Below, in pieces: positions 1 to 9,848 of a stretch of DNA of 64,000 bases. The notes under the pieces are model-generated. The model saw nothing but the letters and a program-made list of their open reading frames with translations. It was not told the DNA's origin and did not search any database. Source of the stretch: Psychroserpens sp. (GTDB taxonomy: Bacteria; Bacteroidota; Bacteroidia; Flavobacteriales; Flavobacteriaceae); contig JBLGAT010000006.1 in the NCBI GenBank assembly GCA_047612485.1, positions 4,565 through 68,564 of the forward strand. The letters are read 5' to 3'. Both the position numbers and the translations under genes were made by a program. Positions within the stretch are counted from its first letter, which is position 1. Every line of letters starts with the position of its first letter.

Positions 1-1223
1 TCGTATTCTAAATGTCCAGCCAAACCCATTAGGGCCAATTCGATGGAATCCCCTAATTTTTCTGAGTCAGTTGGATCTACATTATTGCAAAGAATGGCGG
101 CTATAATCATTTTATCAAAAACGGGATTCGCTTTTGCCAATACCAACAATTCCCTTTCTGAATGATACACGTCCTTAATGGTTCCTTCACCAAAAATCAG
201 CGTATGTGCCTTCATCCGATCTTCTGTTAAGGTGCCGGTTTTGTCCGTACAAATAATATTAGTCGCACCCAAGGTCTGCACAGCTTCAAGCTTTTTAATG
301 ATAACCTGCTTTTTCGACAACCGTAACATACCTTGCGCCAAAGCGATAGTCGCTACAATGGGTAGGCCTTCAGGTATAGCGGCAACCGCAAGAGCCACTC
401 CTGTTTCTATCATCAATAAGAGGTCTTTTCCGCGAATATATCCAGTAACAACGATTAGTGCCGCAAATAAAAGCGTCAACCAGATCAGCCATTTGGTCAA
501 TTGGTTCAATTTTTTTTCCAATGGGGTACGGGCTTTTTCGGCCTCCACGCCCATTTGTTGAATTTTTCCCAATTGAGTATGCTTTCCTGTTGCGGTTACG
601 AGTGCCCGGGCAAATCCTGTATTGACCATAGTGCCCCTGAAAACCATATTACGCTGATCGGTTATCGGTGTTTCAGCAGGCAATATTTCAACATCTTTGT
701 ATACTGGAATGCTCTCACCGGTTAAAGCCGATTCTTTGACGGATAGGTTTTCAACCTGTGTCAGCCTAGCATCTGCCGGCACTACATCCCCTGTTTGTAA
801 CAGGATAATATCTCCCTGCACCAGTTCAGATCCCTTTATACGAATTTTTTTGCCTTCACGGAGCACATGGGTCATCATCTGTCCCATTTTTCGCAAAGCC
901 TCCAATGACCGAACGGCCTGAAGTTCCATGGAGAATCCTATGATCACAGAAATTAAAATAACGATGATGATAGTGAATCCTTCCAACTGATCATTGAACA
1001 AAAAAGCCAGGAATGTGGCCGCTGCCAGGATATTGATGATAGGGTTGAATAACTGGTCTGCAAGAATACGCCATCTGTTCTTGGCGGCGTCTTCGGGTAT
1101 TTGATTGGGACCGTATTCTTTTAGACGCTGTTTGGCGGCTTCTTTGGTCAAGCCCTGCTCGGAACTACTGCCCAACTGTGATACCACAATTTCAATGGAA
1201 AGGGCAAAAGGATTTTGGAGCAT
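1..1223 (-). CDS. Cation-transporting P-type ATPase (type II, Ca2+/Na+-like), 5' part; runs off the window
   Basis: Hand translation from ATG at 1223 (MLQNPFALSIE...) gives the in-frame motifs ESALTGES, AIPEGLP and ICTDKTGTLT (phosphorylation site, nt 231-245). Absent from the ORF track because its stop lies outside the window. Confidence 0.9.
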   Translation of the reverse strand, partial: MLQNPFALSIEIVVSQLGSSSEQGLTKEAAKQRLKEYGPNQIPEDAAKNRWRILADQLFNPIINILAAATFLAFLFNDQLEGFTIIIVILISVIIGFSMELQAVRSLEALRKMGQMMTHVLREGKKIRIKGSELVQGDIILLQTGDVVPADARLTQVENLSVKESALTGESIPVYKDVEILPAETPITDQRNMVFRGTMVNTGFARALVTATGKHTQLGKIQQMGVEAEKARTPLEKKLNQLTKWLIWLTLLFAALIVVTGYIRGKDLLLMIETGVALAVAAIPEGLPIVATIALAQGMLRLSKKQVIIKKLEAVQTLGATNIICTDKTGTLTEDRMKAHTLIFGEGTIKDVYHSERELLVLAKANPVFDKMIIAAILCNNVDPTDSEKLGDSIELALMGLAGHLEY

Positions 1224-1326
1224 ATTAAGGTATGGTTTTTACTAGGAAAAACGATGCCGTCTAGCGAAACCTAATCCTAGGAACTTGTAGGTTTTTGCAT
1301 GAAGGCATTCTTGAAGAGAAAAACGT

Positions 1327-1773
1327 TTAGTCGATCTCTATTACTTTTGGAGGTTGCTCTTTAGCTTCTTCCTTTTTAGCCAGTTTGAATTTAAGGATAC
1401 CATCTGTATACTTCGCCTTAATATCATCGTGTTTTATGCTTTCTGGCAATTGCAACGATCTTTCAAAGGAATTATATCTAAATTCCCTTCGGGCATAGTT
1501 TTCTTCATTCTCTTCTTTCTCACTAGACTTTTCCGCTGAAATTTTCAGACAGCCATTGTCGATGGTAACATTGAAATCTTTTTTGTCAAAGCCCGGTGCT
1601 ACGAGTTCTATATCGAAGTTGTTCTCGGATTCCTTGATGTTTAATGCAGGTCCTACTGATTTTAAATTCCAATACGTGTCAGGTATCATATCACTTATCA
1701 TGTTACTATTGTCGAAAAAACCCTGACCTACAAGATTTTCAAAAGGCCTTCTTCTAAATTTTACAAGTGACAT
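1327..1773 (-). CDS. Hsp20/alpha-crystallin small heat-shock protein
   Basis: 148 aa; PALNIKE, ELVAPGFDKKDF, F.RSLQLPE, AKYTDGILK motifs. Confidence 0.92.
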   Translation of the reverse strand: MSLVKFRRRPFENLVGQGFFDNSNMISDMIPDTYWNLKSVGPALNIKESENNFDIELVAPGFDKKDFNVTIDNGCLKISAEKSSEKEENEENYARREFRYNSFERSLQLPESIKHDDIKAKYTDGILKFKLAKKEEAKEQPPKVIEID

Positions 1774-2410
1774 AACGCTATAGTATTAGGTTTAACAATA
1801 ATTTAAATATGACATGAAGGTATAGGGTTTAGCAAACCTGCGAAATGATATTGGTCAGTCCAAAAAAACTACTAAATACTATTGCGGAAATCAATTTAAT
1901 GGAAGTCTTCCTCTAGGGAAATAATCCGTTCGAATACGGAACATGAGGTATTGAAGAGCAATCCTCTATTTATGATAAGAACTTACTGTTTGGCCGTTGG
2001 CGAAAATTAAATCTGTGTTCCCTGCTTCGCTCTTATTGATAATCTTGTTAGGGGCACGCAGTGGAATCCAATTGAGCTAAGTTTAAATGTTTAACCTCAA
2101 AGTAAGCTAGTATTGCACACAAGGCAAACACAAAAACATCCCTAACTTTCGTTTTCAAAAAGCAATGAATCCGGTAAACGAATATATAATAGTTGTGAAA
2201 AGTCAATTCAAAAACAAAGAGATATTCTTCGCCCTCTGTATTTTTCCAATAATGCGTAAAAATTAGGATCAAATCCTTTTTCCAATAACAAAGATTCTCT
2301 TGCGATTACTTCCCCCCCTATATTATATTCATTTAATTTTTGCGCTTTAATCTTAGTTGGTTAGCTACGTTATTATAAAATTGTCCGCGTTGCTCTTTGG
2401 TTTGTTGGTA

Positions 2411-2444
2411 AGGGCTCTTGCAGTGTAAGTTGCCCTATTTTTTA
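2411..2444 (+). terminator. Intrinsic terminator-like hairpin with no upstream + strand gene
   Basis: AGGGC...GCCCT stem followed by ATTTTTTA. Confidence 0.45.
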
Positions 2445-2890
2445 TTTGTTCTACCTATACACTCAATATCACAGTACAGATCTTAGTAGTATCACTTCCA
2501 AATACGTCGTGGTGCCAAGAATATGGGATGTTCCATATGCCGAACACTAAAAGAAATCTAGACATAATATTCAAACCCTTGCATGGGGTCGCCTTGGGTC
2601 AATAACAACTACTTCTTTACGGAGAAAATATTCTAATATTGTATAACATGAAGCTTATAACATATTTATTTTCGTATAACGAAAGTTACTTTCATATAAC
2701 AGAACAATAAGCAAGTTCACAAATTGTCAACATTAATTGTAAAAAATAGCAAAGAAACAACTCTGACCGGCTTCATAACTTCAGTTGCGAGCCCCAGCCA
2801 GATTAACAGATCGGATACACTCCAAGTCCAAAACCTGGCTAATCTTATGATTGGTATCGTTAAAAAGTATCAGCATGTCTCGTAGAGCTT

Positions 2891-4714
2891 TTACATCTCC
2901 TCATAAATAGCAGCAATTTCCACACTATATTTTTCTCTTATAACCCTTCTTTTAAGTTTTAATGTAGGTGTAAGTTCTGCCAAAGAACCATCTTCATGAA
3001 TGGGCAGCCAAGGAGTGGCTATTAGTTTAAATTTCTTTATCTGTTCAATATGACCAAATTCTGGGTTGTAGCTATCAATTACTTTCTGATATTTTCGGAT
3101 AACCCTTTCATTCCGTATCATTTCCTCTAAGGTGGTCCACTCAATTTTTTTATGGAGGCACCAATTTTTTAGTGCTTCTTCTGAAGGTAGGACCAAAGCG
3201 GAAACAAACTTTTGATTATCCCCTATTACCATCATCTGTTCAACCAAAAAATCTTCCTTGATTCGGTTTTCAATGGGTGCAGGAGCTACGTACTTTCCCC
3301 CAGAGGTTTTCAACAATTCTTTCTTCCTATCCGTAATCTTAAGAAATTCTCTTCCGTCAGGTCCTTTGATCAGTTTTCCGATATCACCTGTACAAAACCA
3401 TTTTTTACCATCAATTGTCTGGAATACCTCGGCATTTATTTCTGGTTTTTGATAGTACCCTAGCATCACGTTTGGGCCGTGGGCCATAATCTCTCCCTCG
3501 TCTTCCTTATACTCTCCTGAAGTCTTATCAATATATAACTCCACGCCGTCAATGGCATACCCGACCGTTCCAATCATTGTGCCATTTGGCTCCAAGCTAT
3601 TACCTGTTAAGGTCGGCGAGGTCTCCGTTAACCCGTAAGCTTCTCTAATAGGGATGCCTGCTGCACAAAAAACACGTAATATTTTAACGGAACAAGGGGC
3701 GGCACCAGTAATGATCTGCCTTACATTACCACCTAAAGCTGCCCTCCATTTACTAAAAATCAATGTATCGGCCACCTTCCATTTCAAACCTGCCATAATA
3801 GATAACTGCTGGTCTATCTCGTAATCATTGGTTAGGTCCAAAGCCCAAAAAAATAAATTTCTTTTTGCACCTTCCAATGCCAAACCTTTATTATAAATAG
3901 CTTCATAAATCTTTTCCAATAATCGTGGAACTGTTGTAAAAGCAACTGGACGAACCGCTACCAAATCCCCATCCGGTCCACTTAGATTGTTTGTCCCACA
4001 GAAAAACACCGATACTCCTTTAAATCAAACACAAAAAGACACGGCTCTTTCATAGATATGACATAGTGGAAGAAAACTTAATACGTTTTCTTGGGGTTTA
4101 GCAACTATTAATTCTGAGGTAGCTGTAACAACATGCATAATATTGGCATGGCTCAGCATAACTCCTTTAGGTTTTCCTGTTGTTCCCGAAGTATAGATTA
4201 TCGTAACCATATCTTCTCCCTTTATTTTGGATTGGATACTTTCCAAGCTGGAAATACCTTTGGTGTCAAAAATGGTTTCCCAAAAAGGGTTGCCGTTCAA
4301 CCCATCAAAGGTGTAAATGTGTTTTAGTGTAGCTACTACTTTTTGAGTTTCCGATAGTTTAGCATACAAATCCAATCCCCCACAGAAGGCTGCTTTTACC
4401 TCTGCTTCATTTAAAATGTATTCATATTCCGAGACACTGATTGTAGGGTATAGGGGAATACTAATCATTCCGGCCATTTGCACAGCATAGTCCATGATAA
4501 TCCATTCTGGCCTATTTTCATAGGAAACAATGGCCACCTTGTCTCCTGGCACAAGTCCTAATTTAAGTAATCCTGCTGCCGCTTGTTCCGCAGTGTCCAT
4601 TAATTTTTGGGTGCTGTAGGATTCCCAATTCCCATCGTTATTCCTTCCGCTAATGGAAGCTTCTAACGGATTATTTTTTAATTGATGATCGAGTAAATCG
4701 AAGAGTCTGGTCAT
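2891..4714 (-). pseudogene. Long-chain fatty-acid-CoA ligase (AMP-dependent synthetase) interrupted by one in-frame TGA at 4025-4027
   Basis: The two track ORFs (4025-4750, 2891-4009) share one frame: ...ERAVSFCV*FKGVSVFFCGTNN.... IYTSGTTGKPKGV lies upstream of the stop; EAYGLTET, TGDIG, ITDRKKEL and PTLKLKR lie downstream. Likely start MTRLFD at 4714; 607 codons in total. Confidence 0.85.
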
Positions 4715-4797
4715 TGGTTTGGTTTTTTTTTGACAACCCTGAATATACAAAATAAAGCGTACTGATTCATAAGGGTAGTTAAGGTATTGGTTAGGTA

Positions 4798-5262
4798 TTA
4801 TTCAAACATAATACTAATAAATTCGGCTACACAGGCAGGTTTGTCTGCCCCCTCAATTTCCACTGAGCAGTGCCATGTGATTTTGACACCATTTTCGGGA
4901 TATTCCTCAATAGCAGCAACTTTCCCATGCAATCGCAACTTGCTATCCACCAAGACGGCATTTGGAAAACGAACCTTATTCAAGCCATAATTCACTCCCA
5001 TTTTTACGGATTTAACCTGTAAAAGGTCTCCCAGCATTTTGGACAATAGGGATACCGACATAAAGCCGTGCGCAACTGGCTTTTTAAACGGGGAATATTG
5101 GGTCGCCTTTTCCACATCCACATGTATCCACTGAAAATCTAAGGTAGCCTTTGCAAAATCATTTATCATTTCCTGTGTAATGGTAATCCACTCGCCTATC
5201 GGCAATGCTTTTCCTTCGTATGTACTCAATTCCTTTAAATCATCTAAAACTAGTTTAGCCAT
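4798..5262 (-). CDS. MaoC-family (hot-dog fold) dehydratase / (R)-specific enoyl-CoA hydratase-like
   Basis: DFAKATLDFQWIHVD and AHG motifs; NYGLNKVRF. Confidence 0.88.
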   Translation of the reverse strand: MAKLVLDDLKELSTYEGKALPIGEWITITQEMINDFAKATLDFQWIHVDVEKATQYSPFKKPVAHGFMSVSLLSKMLGDLLQVKSVKMGVNYGLNKVRFPNAVLVDSKLRLHGKVAAIEEYPENGVKITWHCSVEIEGADKPACVAEFISIMFE

Positions 5263-5274
5263 TTTTTCTATCGT

Positions 5275-6012
5275 TTATCTTGAAATTCCACCATCAATGG
5301 TCAAGCAAATTCCAGAAACAAAACGTGCCTCATCAGATGCTAGGTATAAATAACCATAGGCTATATCGATAGGTTGTGCAACCGTTTTTAAGGGTATACT
5401 TGCCTTGATCGCCTCAAGGTGTTCCTCCGGAATTTTGTCGACCATATCGGTCATGGTAAAACCGGGAGCTATGGCATTTGAGGTTATACCATATTTACCC
5501 AGTTCCATGGTCCAAGTCTTGGACATGGCAATGACACCTGCTTTGGTAGCCGCATAATTCGTTTGACCAAAATTACCCCGCAATCCCACATTGGATGCCG
5601 CACTTACAATTCTTCCATATTTATTTGCCTTCATGTAAGGTGCAACTGCCTGGGTACAAATGAACACCCCTTTCAGGTTCACCTCTATAACAGCGTCAAA
5701 TTCATCCTCACTCATTTTTTCCAAGGTGCGGTCCCGTGTTATTCCGGCATTATTAATTAGGATATCAATTTTACCGTATTTGGAATTCACCTGTTCAAAG
5801 AGTGCTTCTACAGCCGATTTATTGGTTACCGAAACGGTATGGAATTCTGCCTTGCCACCGGATGCACTTATACTGTTGGCTACTTCTTGGCCTTTGGGAA
5901 GCAAATCCATGATAATCACTGTAGCACCCTCCCTTGCGAACAGTTCGGAAATGGCCTTTCCGATTCCCTGTGAACCTCCTGTTACAATCGCTATTTTATC
6001 CTTTAATCTCAT
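5275..6012 (-). CDS. SDR, 3-oxoacyl-[ACP/CoA] reductase (FabG/PhaB-like)
   Basis: TGGSQGIG, NNAGITRD, GNFGQTNYAATKAG (YxxxK). Confidence 0.88.
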   Translation of the reverse strand: MRLKDKIAIVTGGSQGIGKAISELFAREGATVIIMDLLPKGQEVANSISASGGKAEFHTVSVTNKSAVEALFEQVNSKYGKIDILINNAGITRDRTLEKMSEDEFDAVIEVNLKGVFICTQAVAPYMKANKYGRIVSAASNVGLRGNFGQTNYAATKAGVIAMSKTWTMELGKYGITSNAIAPGFTMTDMVDKIPEEHLEAIKASIPLKTVAQPIDIAYGYLYLASDEARFVSGICLTIDGGISR

Positions 6013-6178
6013 ATCTCTTAGTGTTAATTAGTTACTCGGGGTACGTTTGAAAAAATTCGATTTAAATCCTGTTCTCTACATAAACGTCGGGAACAATTCT
6101 CCTTCGAAGATCACACGAACTGACATTTCTTTATAGCCAACCAAAATGTATCACGGGTTAAATAGTTATATCATCTTT

Positions 6179-7153
6179 TCAGATTTGCACTACCATTTTC
6201 CCTTTCACCTTTCGGTTCATCATTTCTTCTAAAGCCTCTTTAGCATCTTCTAAGGGGACTATTTTATGAATATGTGGTTTTAACTTACCTTCTGCATGCC
6301 ATTGCATTAGGGTCATAGTATTGGCCATATTTTCCTTGGGGTATTTCATTGCGAATCCGCCCCAAAAAACACCAACAATAGATGCTCCTTTTAGCAAGGG
6401 CAGATTTAATGGAATCTTAGGTATTGTACCAGCCGCAAACCCTACAACCAAAAATCTACCATTCCATGCGATAGCTCTTAGTGCTTGTTCGGAAAAGTCA
6501 CCCCCAACAGGATCGTATATCACATCGACACCTTTTCCATCCGTTAGTTCCTTTAGGGTCGATTTCAAATCTTGGGTGGTATAATTAATTCCTTCATCGG
6601 CGCCATACTCCTTACAGAGTTCTAGTTTTTCTTGGGTGGACGCTGCCGCAATTACCTTGGCTCCCATTAATTTCCCTAGTTCAACAGCGGCCAGGCCAAC
6701 CCCTCCCGAGGCACCCATAACCAACAGCGTCTCCCCTTCCAGTAACTTTGCCCTATCTTTTAATGCATGGTAGGAGGTACCATAGGCCATCATAAAAGAG
6801 GCCGCTACCGGATAGTCCATTTGGGGTGGTTTAGGAAAACAAGCGTTCCCTGGCACAATAACTTCTTCCGCCAAGCCTCCATGTGCCACAAAGCCAAAAA
6901 CTTCATCACCAATTTTCAGGTGTTTCACCTCTTCCCCAATTTCTTTGACTACCCCTGCTATATCGCTTCCCGGAGTAAATGGCAGCTCCGGTTTAAATTG
7001 ATACAAGCCTTGAATGATCAGTGTATCCGGGAAATTTAATCCACAAACTTTTACTTGCACTACCACTTCCTTTGGACCTGCATGTAAGGAATCTATTTCC
7101 TCTAACTCCAAATTGGAGGGCGGACCGTATGTTTTACATCGTATTGCTTTCAT
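6179..7153 (-). CDS. NADPH:quinone oxidoreductase family (MDR)
   Basis: GLNFPD, GASGGVG; no zinc-ligand Cys cluster. Confidence 0.85.
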   Translation of the reverse strand: MKAIRCKTYGPPSNLELEEIDSLHAGPKEVVVQVKVCGLNFPDTLIIQGLYQFKPELPFTPGSDIAGVVKEIGEEVKHLKIGDEVFGFVAHGGLAEEVIVPGNACFPKPPQMDYPVAASFMMAYGTSYHALKDRAKLLEGETLLVMGASGGVGLAAVELGKLMGAKVIAAASTQEKLELCKEYGADEGINYTTQDLKSTLKELTDGKGVDVIYDPVGGDFSEQALRAIAWNGRFLVVGFAAGTIPKIPLNLPLLKGASIVGVFWGGFAMKYPKENMANTMTLMQWHAEGKLKPHIHKIVPLEDAKEALEEMMNRKVKGKMVVQI

Positions 7154-7268
7154 TACTCAACCTAATTTTACAATTACTAATTTTCCTGTTCCTACGTTCT
7201 CTCCCGAAAGTTCGGTACGCTCGAAATAACAATAGAGGCTTATGCTTTGGTTTCTAATCTCTAGAAAA

Positions 7269-8273
7269 TCAATCCTCAATAACCTTCAACACCAATTTAC
7301 CCAATTTGTCGCCAGAGAAAAGTCGGTTATACGTCTCTGGGAAGTTCTCTATCCCATCATAAATATCCTCACGAGTTTTCAACTTGCCTTCTGCCATCCA
7401 TTTGCCCATTTGTTGACCAGCTTCCCCATATCTATCGGCCCAATCAAATACCACCATCCCTTGCATAGTAGCCCTATTCACCAATAAAGAAAGGTAATTG
7501 GATGGTCCTCTCATATTTTGCTTGTTATTATACTGGGAAATCGCACCACAAATAACCACTCTTGCGTGCATTCGCAACCTTCCTAAAGCTGCGTCCAAAA
7601 TCTCCCCTCCAACATTATCAAAATAAACATCCAATCCTTTTGGACATTCTTGCTTCAACCGCTCCTTTACATCTTCATTTTTATAATCGATACATGCATC
7701 AAAACCTAAATTATCAACCACATATTTACACTTATCCGCGCCACCAGCAATGCCAATCACGTTACATCCTTTAATCTTTGCTATTTGTCCAACAATACTA
7801 CCCACTGCGCCAGCTGCTCCGGAGACTACTACTATATCCCCCTCCTTAATTTTGCCCACTTCCAAAATTCCGAAATAAGCGGTCATTCCAGGCATTCCCA
7901 AGGTGCCAATATAGGTGGGTAGCGGTGCTAACTTTGGGTCTACTTTATAATATCCTTTTCCATCCGTAGCTACGTATTGTTGAACGCCACCATGGCCTGA
8001 AATAAAATCCCCAACCCTGAACGTAGGATGATTTTTTGCTTTTATGACCTCGCCTACTGAGCCTGCGCGCATAACAGCGCCAATTTCTACCGGCGCTATA
8101 TAAGATTTTCCCTCATTCATCCATCCACGCATGGCGGGGTCAAGAGAGATATAATGATTCTTTACTAAGACCTGCCCCTCCTCTAGTTCTGGAATTGGGT
8201 TTGTTTCTAAGGACCAAGTAGAAGCATCTGCCGCTCCTACTGGTCTCTTTTCAAATATGAGTTGTTTGTTCAT
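7269..8273 (-). CDS. NADP-dependent 2-alkenal/prostaglandin reductase-like oxidoreductase (MDR)
   Basis: YISLDPAMRGWM, LGMPGMTAYFG, SGAAGAVGS, YFDNVGG, CGAISQYN. Confidence 0.88.
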   Translation of the reverse strand: MNKQLIFEKRPVGAADASTWSLETNPIPELEEGQVLVKNHYISLDPAMRGWMNEGKSYIAPVEIGAVMRAGSVGEVIKAKNHPTFRVGDFISGHGGVQQYVATDGKGYYKVDPKLAPLPTYIGTLGMPGMTAYFGILEVGKIKEGDIVVVSGAAGAVGSIVGQIAKIKGCNVIGIAGGADKCKYVVDNLGFDACIDYKNEDVKERLKQECPKGLDVYFDNVGGEILDAALGRLRMHARVVICGAISQYNNKQNMRGPSNYLSLLVNRATMQGMVVFDWADRYGEAGQQMGKWMAEGKLKTREDIYDGIENFPETYNRLFSGDKLGKLVLKVIED

Positions 8274-8287
8274 CCTAATTTATTTTT

Positions 8288-9061
8288 CTATTTTTTGTTT
8301 TTATTGGTAAAACTTTCTACATACGCCTTCATCTTGGACCTAATTTCAGGTTTCCACCACAATATGGATGCTTCTTTCAATGCGTTCTCCGCATTTAAAT
8401 CGAGTTTGTCCCATAGGTGCTTCCGCAATTTTTTCTTGGTATTTATCAAGATTTCCTGATTTGCTTTCAAGTAATGCTTCATCTGTTTTTCGGAACGTTC
8501 CAAAACGGTATCCAAGTGAACCAATTCATCTACCAGACCAGCAGCCAATGCTTCCTTTCCATTCAATAATTTACCTTCCAAAATATACCGATGTGCTAAC
8601 CCATCACCCATCCAGAAGGCATAAATTTCTGTGAGGTTTTGACTGATTTGAATATTTACGGCCACCTCGTTCAGGCCAATGACATAGGTGTCACCTTCCG
8701 CCATATAACGATTATCGCTAGTAACGGCCAAAACACATCCCCCAGCTGGAGCATGCCCCGTTATGGCTGAGATAAAAGGTTTTTTAAACTGTACCAATTG
8801 CAGATACAGCCCTCCAAAAGCGGTGAAAAATTCCTGTATTTGCTTTTCATCGTATTGATACAATTCAATCAAATCCAATCCTGCCGAAAAATAGTGAGGC
8901 TGTCCCGTTAAAATAACGCCCATAACCGCAGGGTCTTCTTCGAACTTCTTGAAAACCTCGGTTAACTCGTTCACCATCTCCAGGTTTATGGCATTTACCT
9001 TTCCCCGGATCATTTGAACAATGACATAGTTTTCCTTTTCTGTTAATTCTAATGTTTTCAT
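8288..9061 (-). CDS. Enoyl-CoA hydratase/isomerase (crotonase; delta3-delta2 isomerase-like)
   Basis: FSAGLDL, GHAPAGGC, GLNEVAVNI. Confidence 0.85.
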   Translation of the reverse strand: MKTLELTEKENYVIVQMIRGKVNAINLEMVNELTEVFKKFEEDPAVMGVILTGQPHYFSAGLDLIELYQYDEKQIQEFFTAFGGLYLQLVQFKKPFISAITGHAPAGGCVLAVTSDNRYMAEGDTYVIGLNEVAVNIQISQNLTEIYAFWMGDGLAHRYILEGKLLNGKEALAAGLVDELVHLDTVLERSEKQMKHYLKANQEILINTKKKLRKHLWDKLDLNAENALKEASILWWKPEIRSKMKAYVESFTNKNKK

Positions 9062-9070
9062 ATATTGCTT

Positions 9071-9826
9071 TTATAATGAGGTTCCTCCGTCCAAGGTTAT
9101 TGTTTGCCCGGTGATGAATTTGGAATTTTCAGAGGCCAACCAGCAAATAGCTTCCGCAATTTCCTCTGCCTCCCCAAACCTACCCATAGGTATAACCCGT
9201 TTTAACTTATCACCCATATCTGGACTTACCGAGAGTAATTGTTCCAACAATGGCGAATGTGTAAACCCAGGGCACACTGCGTTGATTCGGATTTTTTTTC
9301 TTCCATACTCCAAGGCGGCCGATTTTGTCATTCCTACTACTGCAAATTTACTAGCAGAATAAGAAAGGTTATTTCCCGAAGCCTTTAATCCCGCCAAAGA
9401 AGCAACATTCACAATATTACCATATCCCTGTTTTAGCATCTGTTGTATCGCAAGTTTCATGCAATAGAATACTCCGGTTTGGTTCACCGCAATCACATTA
9501 TGCCAGTCCTCAAGGAAATAATCGGCAGTCTTTGCTTGGTGTTTGCCTCCTATTCCAGCATTGTTCACCATGACATCCAGACGATCATGTTTCTCAATTA
9601 CGGTTTGAAGTAATTCCTTTACCTGCTCAAACTGGGTTACATCGGTTTCTATTGCTGAGGCCATTCCTCCATCATTTCGGATTTCACTTGCCACCTTTTC
9701 TGCACTTTCCAAATTGATATCAGAGACAACGACAATGGCCTTATGTGCGCCAAAAAGTTTTGCCGTGGCTGCCCCTATGCCACTACCAGCTCCTGTAATC
9801 ACCACTACTTTGTCTTTCAAATTCAT
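9071..9826 (-). CDS. SDR family oxidoreductase
   Basis: TGAGSGIG, NNAGIG, YSASK. Confidence 0.88.
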   Translation of the reverse strand: MNLKDKVVVITGAGSGIGAATAKLFGAHKAIVVVSDINLESAEKVASEIRNDGGMASAIETDVTQFEQVKELLQTVIEKHDRLDVMVNNAGIGGKHQAKTADYFLEDWHNVIAVNQTGVFYCMKLAIQQMLKQGYGNIVNVASLAGLKASGNNLSYSASKFAVVGMTKSAALEYGRKKIRINAVCPGFTHSPLLEQLLSVSPDMGDKLKRVIPMGRFGEAEEIAEAICWLASENSKFITGQTITLDGGTSL

Positions 9827-9848
9827 TTTTCCGTTTTTGCTTGATTTA

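Noticed and set aside
2048-2272. 74-aa ORF in the intergenic gap
   Set aside because: Low-complexity composition, no motif, no clear promoter or operon context.
2480-2640. Fragments on the minus strand (LTQGDPMQGFEYYV*) faintly resembling a cNMP-binding domain
   Set aside because: Needs a frameshift and a stop to assemble; the similarity is too short to support a pseudogene call.
4010-4027. Frameshift between the two ligase ORFs
   Set aside because: The gap is exactly 15 nt (FKGVS), so both ORFs share one frame; it is a nonsense codon, not a frameshift.
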